A stretch of DNA of 43,764 nt. Origin: Bacteroidales bacterium (GTDB taxonomy: Bacteria > Bacteroidota > Bacteroidia > Bacteroidales > JAAUTT01). The stretch covers positions 1-43,764 of the forward strand of contig JANXXY010000224.1 in NCBI GenBank assembly GCA_025350365.1, given 5' to 3'. Under the pieces are notes generated by a model. That model had not been told where the DNA came from. It ran no database searches and worked only from the letters and a program-made list of their open reading frames with translations. Below, piece by piece: positions 36,834 to 43,764 of the stretch. Position 1 is the stretch's first letter. Each line of letters opens with the position of its first letter. A program made the translations under genes and the position numbers.

Positions 36834-39800
36834 ATGAGTGAAGAGATTTTAAAAGCGTTAATGCAACTGTTTGCGATTATTGCTAAACAGGACGAGGGTG
36901 TGGAACTTAGCGAGCGTGAGTACGTTAAAACCTTTTTGACCCTTCAACTGAGTGATGAAGCCGTAAACGAATATTTGATTCTGTTTGATAGTTTTGCAGG
37001 TCTTGATAAAACTGTTGACGAAAACGGTGTTGAGATTGCAAGGAAAAAACTGACTTCTGTTAAAGATTCGGTTCGTATTCTGGGTATTTGTAAAAAAATC
37101 AACAAAACACTTACTCAGGAACAAAAAGTAGTAGTCTTGGTTCGACTTTTTGAGTTGGTAAATGCGGACCGTAAATTTACCGATCAGCGAATGGCTATCA
37201 TCAATACGGTGGCCGAAGTTTTTAATCTTCCCAGAGAAGAATTTAAAAGCATTGAGACTTTTGTAGTTAAAAACCGACCTGAAGCGCTTGATCAACCTGA
37301 TGTTTTAGTTATTGCCGATAAGCCTGTTGTAAACCTGCAAAGTAAATTTATTCTCACTGAAAAACTTGACGGCAACCTCTATATTCTCAGGATTGCCAGT
37401 GTTGATCTGTATTTTCTGAAATATACAGGGCATGAAGATCTATTTTTGAATGGCCTCGGAATTACCAATAGACGCATCTATTTATACGCCAGCGGAAGTG
37501 CCGTAAAAATGCCTAAAGGAAAGCCGGTTTATTACAGTGATGTTGTAGCGCACTACCTTGCTGATATTACTTCGAACAAAATATCATTCGAAGTGAATAA
37601 CCTCGAATTTCGATTCCCTAATGGAAATATTGGACTGCGAAACGTTAGCTTTTCTGAAGGTCAGGGAAAACTGATTGGTATTATGGGAGCCAGTGGAGCA
37701 GGTAAAACTACGTTGTTGAATGTATTATGCGGAACGGAGTTACCTTACAAAGGAGAAGTGATTATTAACGGTCACAATCTTCATAAAGAGAAAGATAAAG
37801 TGGAGGGAGTTATTGGTCTTATTCCTCAGGACGACCTTTTAATCGAAGAATTAACCGTTTTTGAAAATCTATATTATAACGCAAAACTGTGTTTTAAGAA
37901 CCAAACTGAAGAACAGATTAACGAACGTGTCGTTCGAACACTTTCAAGTCTTGGACTTTTAGAACGTAAGGATCTCAAAGTCGGATCGCCACTGAACAAA
38001 ACCATTAGTGGTGGACAACGGAAACGCTTGAATATCGCGCTTGAATTAATTCGCGAACCGTCTATCTTGTTTGTTGATGAGCCTACCTCCGGACTTTCGT
38101 CGAGAGATTCCGAAAACGTGATGGACTTATTACGGGAACTTGCATTGAAAGGAAAACTTATTTTTGTAGTAATTCACCAGCCGTCGTCGGAAATTTATAA
38201 GATGTTCGACAAAATGATTATCCTGGATACGGGAGGATACCTAATATATTATGGCAACCCAGTTGAAGCTGTGATGTATTTTAAAAGAATTGACGCTCAA
38301 ATTAACAGCAATGTAGGAGAGTGTCCCGTTTGTGGAAATGTGAATCCCGAACTTATTTTTAACATTATTGAAGCCAAGGTTGTTGACGAGTTTGGCAGGT
38401 ATACTGATAAACGCAAAGTACAACCGCCGAAATGGGAGGGATTTTACTCTGAAAATTTTCATCCTGAAAAGATGCAGGTAATCAGCGAGGATCCGCCAAA
38501 ATCATTAAATATCCCAAACTGGATCAACCAGATTAAGATTTATACAGTTCGTGATTTTGTTTCTAAAATAAGCAATACCCAATATATATCGCTTAATCTT
38601 CTGGATGCTCCCCTGCTGGGATTAATTCTTGCATATGTTATCAGGTATATTTCCGACCCGGGTTCGGATGTGTATATTTTTAGAGAAAATGAAAATATTC
38701 CGGTTTATATTTTCATGAGTCTCATTGTGGCTTTGTTTCTGGGCTTAATCGTTAGTGCCGAAGAAATATTTCGCGATCGTAAAATACTCAAACGCGAAGG
38801 TTTTCTTAATTTGAGCCGTTCAAGCTATCTATTATCTAAAATATTTATATTATTAGTAATTAGCGCTATACAAAGTTTAACATTTGTACTTATTGCGAAC
38901 TCAATTCTGGGAATTAACGGAATGTATTTTACGTACTGGTTTGCCCTATTCACTACGGCTGCTTTTGCTAACATGTTAGGGTTAAATGTTTCAGCTTCAT
39001 TTAATTCAGCTGTAACTATATATATTCTTATTCCACTGCTTATGATCCCTATGATGATCCTAAGCGGGGCAATGTTTCGTTTTGATAAACTTAACCGTAA
39101 TGTTGGTAGTGTGGATAAGGTTCCTCTGTTGGCTGAAATAATGGTAACTCGTTGGGCTTATGAGGCCTTGGTGGTTCATCAATTTAAAGACAATCAATTT
39201 GAAAAAGCATTTTACGATATTGAGAAACGTGAAAGCAACGCTGATTTTAAACAGGTGCATCTTATACCCGAACTTCAAAAACGACTGGACGATTGCAACG
39301 CTGAATTCTCAAAGTTTGGAAAAATAGAGAAAACCAATGTTCAGCTTGATGTTCTAAAGAACGAAATATCCAAAGAATTGATGATTAATATGGATCTTCC
39401 ATTTAAAAATGCAGATGGAATAATAGCTGAAAAATATAGTGCCAGGATGGCTAAAGCATTACAATCTTTTATTGATAGAATGAAAGCTGATTATTCAGGG
39501 AAATTTATGCAAGCCAACAAAGAAAAGGAAGATAAAATAAATAGAGAACTTAAAAAGGATCCTGAAAGATATAAGCAGTATAAAAACGTGTACCATAACG
39601 AAAATTTGTCGGATTTGGTGCGGAAAGTGCTTGAAAAAAATAAAATATTAGAATATAATCACGAATTGGTTCAGCAGGTAGATCCAATTTATATGGATCC
39701 TACCATTCGGGGACCTTTAAGTTTGCGATCTCATTTTTTTGCCCCTCGCAAACCATTTTTTGGCGTTTATTATGATACATACTGGTACAATATGATTGTA

Positions 39801-39908
39801 GTATGGTTATTTACTGTCATTCTTTATCTGGCTCTCTATTACGAGTGGTTTTTAAGATTTATGAATATGTTCGGAAAACTTAAACTTAAAAAGGAAAGTT
39901 CAGAATAA
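36834..39908 (+). CDS. ABCG-type (NBD before TMD) ABC transporter with an N-terminal TerB-like domain
   Basis: Walker A GASGAGKTT, ISGGQRKR, Walker B ILFVDEPT, IHQP, ABC-2-type TMD; helical N-terminus resembling TerB; CPVC at 38322-38333. Confidence 0.9.
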   Translation: MSEEILKALMQLFAIIAKQDEGVELSEREYVKTFLTLQLSDEAVNEYLILFDSFAGLDKTVDENGVEIARKKLTSVKDSVRILGICKKINKTLTQEQKVVVLVRLFELVNADRKFTDQRMAIINTVAEVFNLPREEFKSIETFVVKNRPEALDQPDVLVIADKPVVNLQSKFILTEKLDGNLYILRIASVDLYFLKYTGHEDLFLNGLGITNRRIYLYASGSAVKMPKGKPVYYSDVVAHYLADITSNKISFEVNNLEFRFPNGNIGLRNVSFSEGQGKLIGIMGASGAGKTTLLNVLCGTELPYKGEVIINGHNLHKEKDKVEGVIGLIPQDDLLIEELTVFENLYYNAKLCFKNQTEEQINERVVRTLSSLGLLERKDLKVGSPLNKTISGGQRKRLNIALELIREPSILFVDEPTSGLSSRDSENVMDLLRELALKGKLIFVVIHQPSSEIYKMFDKMIILDTGGYLIYYGNPVEAVMYFKRIDAQINSNVGECPVCGNVNPELIFNIIEAKVVDEFGRYTDKRKVQPPKWEGFYSENFHPEKMQVISEDPPKSLNIPNWINQIKIYTVRDFVSKISNTQYISLNLLDAPLLGLILAYVIRYISDPGSDVYIFRENENIPVYIFMSLIVALFLGLIVSAEEIFRDRKILKREGFLNLSRSSYLLSKIFILLVISAIQSLTFVLIANSILGINGMYFTYWFALFTTAAFANMLGLNVSASFNSAVTIYILIPLLMIPMMILSGAMFRFDKLNRNVGSVDKVPLLAEIMVTRWAYEALVVHQFKDNQFEKAFYDIEKRESNADFKQVHLIPELQKRLDDCNAEFSKFGKIEKTNVQLDVLKNEISKELMINMDLPFKNADGIIAEKYSARMAKALQSFIDRMKADYSGKFMQANKEKEDKINRELKKDPERYKQYKNVYHNENLSDLVRKVLEKNKILEYNHELVQQVDPIYMDPTIRGPLSLRSHFFAPRKPFFGVYYDTYWYNMIVVWLFTVILYLALYYEWFLRFMNMFGKLKLKKESSE

Positions 39909-39962
39909 TTACTAAATTTGTATAAACAGCAATCAAACAAACAATAATCTAATTATGCTGCT

Positions 39963-40865
39963 ATGATTAAGAGACTGACTTATTTATTTTTATGTAGTGT
40001 ATTTGTGTTTTATTCATGCAAATCCGGAGTTAAGAAAAGCAAAGGAGAATTTGGAGAAAATGATAGTATAAAAGCAGATAGCGCCTTGCCGGTTTCAAAA
40101 GAAGCAATGGCTGATCTCGTACAAAATATTTCATCTCCCATTGAAATGGCAGCTTTAATTAAGAGTCTGGGCGTGCCCTTTTCACAAAAATATTTAGCCC
40201 CTACAAACCATCTTGATAACTTTAACACAAATACCTCAAAGGCTGTTAATTTAGGCATTTTTGGAGCCGACCTTGGATATATAAACATGTATAGTAAAAC
40301 GTCAACTGTTCTTTCGTATATCTCAGCAGTTAAAACATTGGCTGATGGGATTAACGTAGGTCAATTTTTTGATTTTACTACGCTAAAAAGGCTGGCCACA
40401 AATAACGAAAATATTGATTCGTTAATGTATATTTCCATACATAGTTTTAATGTAATGGATGAGTATTTGCGTAAAAACAACCGCAGTAACCTCAGCGCTC
40501 TTATGATTGCAGGCGTTTATATTGAGGGGTTGTATCTTATGACTCAGGTAGCAAAAGAAAAACCTAATAAAAAATTGGCAGAAAGCATTGGAGACCAAAA
40601 AATTATTTTTGAACAGATGTTACTGATTTTGAAAAACTATCAGAAGGATCCTTATTTTAAAGATTTTATTGCCAATATGGAAACGCTTAAAAAGGAGTTT
40701 TCGGAAATTAAAATAACCATCGAAATGGGTGAACCTAAATCAGTTGAAAAAAATGGAATGCTTACTATTATTCAAACATCAAAAAGTACTGTTCATATTA
40801 CGGATGAACAGTTAAAGAGAATTATATCTCAAACTGAAATAATTAGAAATAAGCTGATTAAGTAA
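39963..40865 (+). CDS. Hypothetical lipoprotein, probably alpha-helical
   Basis: Signal peptide II ending VFYSC (Cys19); internal motifs AVNLGIFGADLGY and AGVYIEGLY. Confidence 0.8.
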   Translation: MIKRLTYLFLCSVFVFYSCKSGVKKSKGEFGENDSIKADSALPVSKEAMADLVQNISSPIEMAALIKSLGVPFSQKYLAPTNHLDNFNTNTSKAVNLGIFGADLGYINMYSKTSTVLSYISAVKTLADGINVGQFFDFTTLKRLATNNENIDSLMYISIHSFNVMDEYLRKNNRSNLSALMIAGVYIEGLYLMTQVAKEKPNKKLAESIGDQKIIFEQMLLILKNYQKDPYFKDFIANMETLKKEFSEIKITIEMGEPKSVEKNGMLTIIQTSKSTVHITDEQLKRIISQTEIIRNKLIK

Positions 40866-40949
40866 TAAGTTGTAAATAAATCGCTCTGACATATTTTGTG
40901 GGTAAAGTGGTTTGAATATCTTTTATAAAATAATCAAAAAAAGTGTACA

Positions 40950-41393
40950 ATGAAGCATATAACATTCATCCTTGCGATTGTTTTCCTGTCAATAGGTTAT
41001 GCAGCAAACGCGCAAACTGAAGCGCAAAAAGTTGAAATTTGTTCAGGTACAGCCGGTCCTGATGCTTCTTATCTAAAAGATTTTGTTGTTGATTTACCTG
41101 CAGCTCAAGGAGATGAAAAAGCCCCTACTGCTAAATATTCTCTTATTCTTCAAAAGGATACTAAATATCGTATCACAATCTGCACTGATGACGATTCACC
41201 AGGGAAAGGATATGTACAACTTTTAGATACAAATTCGCTATTGGGAAGTTCCTTTAATCCACAGACTGGAAAGGAATACAAAGGATTTGACTTCGATTGT
41301 CAGAAAAGTAGTGTTTATCACATTTTTATCCAGTTTCAGGAAGGCAAGGCAGGTAAATCAATTGTAATTCTTTCGTTTATCAAAAAATTATAA
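40950..41393 (+). CDS. Hypothetical secreted beta-rich protein
   Basis: Signal peptide ending ANA-Q; three Cys; alternating beta-strand pattern. Confidence 0.8.
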   Translation: MKHITFILAIVFLSIGYAANAQTEAQKVEICSGTAGPDASYLKDFVVDLPAAQGDEKAPTAKYSLILQKDTKYRITICTDDDSPGKGYVQLLDTNSLLGSSFNPQTGKEYKGFDFDCQKSSVYHIFIQFQEGKAGKSIVILSFIKKL

Positions 41394-41446
41394 ATATTAA
41401 AAGTCGTAAGTAAACTGAAAACGGTAAAATTTTATTGAATAATTAC

Positions 41447-41478
41447 AAAAGGTTGGTTCGGAGAGTCAACCTTTTTTT
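41447..41478 (+). terminator. Rho-independent terminator closing the signalling cluster
   Basis: AAAAGGTTG...CAACCTTTT stem running into a T tract. Confidence 0.75.
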
Positions 41479-41659
41479 ATTGCTTTGTATTCAGAAGCTT
41501 GATAGAGATTAACTTTTTTAATAGCTAAATAAAAAACAGAATGTCAGAAGGGCATCATTTTTGATATACATTTTTGTTTTTTAAGTAATAAGGCGTTGAG
41601 CAGAACAAAGCATTTCGTTTAGGTTTTGCTATATAAACGAAAATTTATAGTTTCATTAT

Positions 41660-42355
41660 ATGAGATCACAAAAGAAAATTGATATTGCTTACCTTGAGAA
41701 ATATCGGGGGATATTTTTCCAGATAGGAATTATCATTGTTCTTTGCATCGTTTTTTTTGCCATTGAATGGAATACCCAGCCATCCAAAAAAGAAAATGTT
41801 ATACAGGCAATGGATGAACCTGTTAAACAAATAATATTTACAGGCGAACAAATAAAGGAAATAAATACTCTTCCACAACCTTTGCAATTAGTGCCTTATG
41901 AGATAAAGGTAGTTGACAGTAATGTGCAAATTGATGATGAAATAAAGATAAATCCTAATTTTTCACAGGATTTTGTTATACGTCCAATTGAATTTTCTCC
42001 CAAAACTCAAAATGAGGAGAAAGTAAAAGACGATAAGGTATTTGTGATAGTTGAAGAAATGCCTTTATTCAATGGAGGCAATTCAAATACATTTAGAGAT
42101 TGGATTCAAAAAAACATCAAATATCCTGACATAGCCAGTGAAAACGGGATTAAAGGGAATGTACTCATTTCGTTTAGCATAAACAGCATCGGAGAAGTTT
42201 GTGATGTAAAGGTTCTTCGGGGCATTGATCCTTCATTAGACAAAGAAGCAGTTAGGATAATTTCTTCATCACCAAAATGGACACCGGGAAAACACAACGG
42301 TAAAAATGTTAAAGTTATATTTAACTTTAATGTAAGGTTCGTTTTGCAAAATTGA
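41660..42355 (+). CDS. tonB: Energy transducer TonB
   Basis: N-terminal TM, VEEMPLF.GG, IKYPDIA.ENGIKG.V, LDKEAVRII, WTPGK.NG..V.V. Confidence 0.93.
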   Translation: MRSQKKIDIAYLEKYRGIFFQIGIIIVLCIVFFAIEWNTQPSKKENVIQAMDEPVKQIIFTGEQIKEINTLPQPLQLVPYEIKVVDSNVQIDDEIKINPNFSQDFVIRPIEFSPKTQNEEKVKDDKVFVIVEEMPLFNGGNSNTFRDWIQKNIKYPDIASENGIKGNVLISFSINSIGEVCDVKVLRGIDPSLDKEAVRIISSSPKWTPGKHNGKNVKVIFNFNVRFVLQN

Positions 42356-42410
42356 TTATTTTCGAATCTTTAACACTCATTAATTTGTTGATTGAATTTA
42401 ACAAAACTTT

Positions 42411-43604
42411 ATGCCAAATCTATATTCTACAGAAGTAATACCAGAAAAAGCCATATTGATTGGTGTAATAAATAAGTATCAGGATGAGTGTCAGGTAAAT
42501 GATTTTCTTCAGGAACTTGCCTTTTTAACTGAAACTGCCGGTGCTGTGCCCGTAAAAAAATTCATTCAACGACTTGAATCGCCACATCCGCGTACATTTG
42601 TGGGAACTGGTAAACTAGCTGAAATTCAGTCTTACATCAAGGAGAATAATATTGACTTGATTATTTTTGATGATGAACTTACTGCTACACAACTTCGAAA
42701 TCTTGACAAGGTGCTGGAGATTAAAATTCTTGACCGCACTAACCTCATTCTGGATATTTTTGCTAAACGAGCCAAAACATCTTATGCTAAAGCTCAAGTT
42801 GAACTGGCTCAATATCAATATTTGCTTCCCCGACTCACCCGTATGTGGACTCACCTTGAACGGCAGCAAGGAGGTATTGGCATGCGGGGGCCTGGCGAAT
42901 CAGAGTTGGAGACCGACCGCCGTATAATTCGCGACAAAATTGCGGACCTTAAAGAAGACCTCAAGAAAATTGACCGGCAAATGGCTACACAGCGGCAAGG
43001 TCGTGGAAATATTGTTCGGGTGGCTCTGGTGGGTTATACCAATGTTGGTAAATCCACATTGATGAATTTGCTGAGCAAATCGGAGGTATTTGCCGAAAAT
43101 AAATTGTTTGCCACACTCGACACTACTGTGAGAAAGGTAGTTATTAATAGTCTTGCTTTTTTATTAACAGATACTGTTGGGTTTATCCGTAAATTGCCTC
43201 ATCAATTGGTGGAATCGTTTAAATCGACATTAGATGAAGTTCGGGAGGCTGATATTCTGGTGCATGTAGCTGATATTTCTCACCCAGAATTTGAAGAGCA
43301 AATTAATGTTGTGAATCAGACTTTATCAGACCTAAATGCAGCCAGTAAAAAAATTATTATAGTTTTTAACAAGGTGGATGCATTTTCATATGTAGCCAAG
43401 GACGACGACGACCTAACTCCAAAAACCAGAGTGAATTATTCGTTGGACGAACTGAAAAATAGTTGGATGTCTAAACTTAGTCAACAGGCTCTTTTTATAT
43501 CTGCAACTGAAAAAACGAACATTGATGAGCTTAGGAATACCCTTTACGAGGAAACGAAAAAAATACATATCCTGCGTTATCCGGGAGACAGTTATTTGTT
43601 TTAG
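42411..43604 (+). CDS. hflX: GTPase HflX
   Basis: RGPGESELETDRR, G1 GYTNVGKST, LFATLD, DTVGFI, NKVD. Confidence 0.98.
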   Translation: MPNLYSTEVIPEKAILIGVINKYQDECQVNDFLQELAFLTETAGAVPVKKFIQRLESPHPRTFVGTGKLAEIQSYIKENNIDLIIFDDELTATQLRNLDKVLEIKILDRTNLILDIFAKRAKTSYAKAQVELAQYQYLLPRLTRMWTHLERQQGGIGMRGPGESELETDRRIIRDKIADLKEDLKKIDRQMATQRQGRGNIVRVALVGYTNVGKSTLMNLLSKSEVFAENKLFATLDTTVRKVVINSLAFLLTDTVGFIRKLPHQLVESFKSTLDEVREADILVHVADISHPEFEEQINVVNQTLSDLNAASKKIIIVFNKVDAFSYVAKDDDDLTPKTRVNYSLDELKNSWMSKLSQQALFISATEKTNIDELRNTLYEETKKIHILRYPGDSYLF

Positions 43605-43679
43605 TCTGATAATATTACGTAGGAAGGAATAAACTTGTGCAAAATAAAAAAGTTTCATTACTGACCGACTAAAATAATA

Positions 43680-43764
43680 AGATTCTTCGCTTCGCTCAGA
43701 ATGACAAACGTTTATGTTAGTTTTTAGTCGGAGGGGGTGGTTTGCGGTAAAGCCGCAAACCACC
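43680..43764. repeat. REP/REPIN-like element cut by the window end
   Basis: AGATTCTTCGCTTCGCTCAGAATGACA followed by the perfect 12 bp hairpin GGTGGTTTGCGG-TAAAG-CCGCAAACCACC (43736-43764). Confidence 0.8.

Noticed and set aside
521-42927. Many 60-150 aa ORFs nested in or antisense to long genes
   Set aside because: No recognisable motifs; they overlap well-supported CDSs and are expected by chance.
43413-43763. 116 aa minus-strand ORF
   Set aside because: Overlaps hflX antisense and translates the REP-like repeat (CHSERSEES).
1-43764. tRNA, rRNA, prophage or integrase genes
   Set aside because: None recognised by eye; tRNAscan-SE and Infernal were not run.

Overview
AT-rich Bacteroidota DNA, probably a Bacteroidales-like organism (inferred from gene families and several TAnnTTTG -7 promoter boxes). 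In order: (1) nuoE-nuoN of respiratory complex I, with a short NuoG and spacers carrying nested repeats; (2) a DUF4190/DUF2752 membrane pair; (3) a ~3.6 kb decayed island between near-identical 38-39 bp direct repeats, holding two immunity-like ORFs, an RHS fragment, an antitoxin plus nonsense-mutated MazF/PemK toxin, the 3' end of a group IIC intron and an IS66-type fragment; (4) an exported thioredoxin-like protein and a MITE-like element carrying a palindromic repeat; (5) an NrtR-family regulator, GPH-family transporter and GH94 cellobiose phosphorylase, then REP-flanked hsdM/dinD remnants and a convergent GH1; (6) DUF4139 and LPG-synthase-TM genes; (7) a 14 kb co-oriented signalling cluster; (8) tonB and hflX. 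The best candidate for an undescribed system is block 7: two CheR proteins (one degenerate) and a receiver-less CheB lie beside three paralogous membrane GAF proteins, two with chemoreceptor-like EExxAT motifs, one ending in a PP2C phosphatase, followed by SiaB, SiaC and a TerB-ABCG fusion. No CheA, CheW, MCP or diguanylate cyclase is present in the window. All family calls come from motif recognition by eye; no searches were run.
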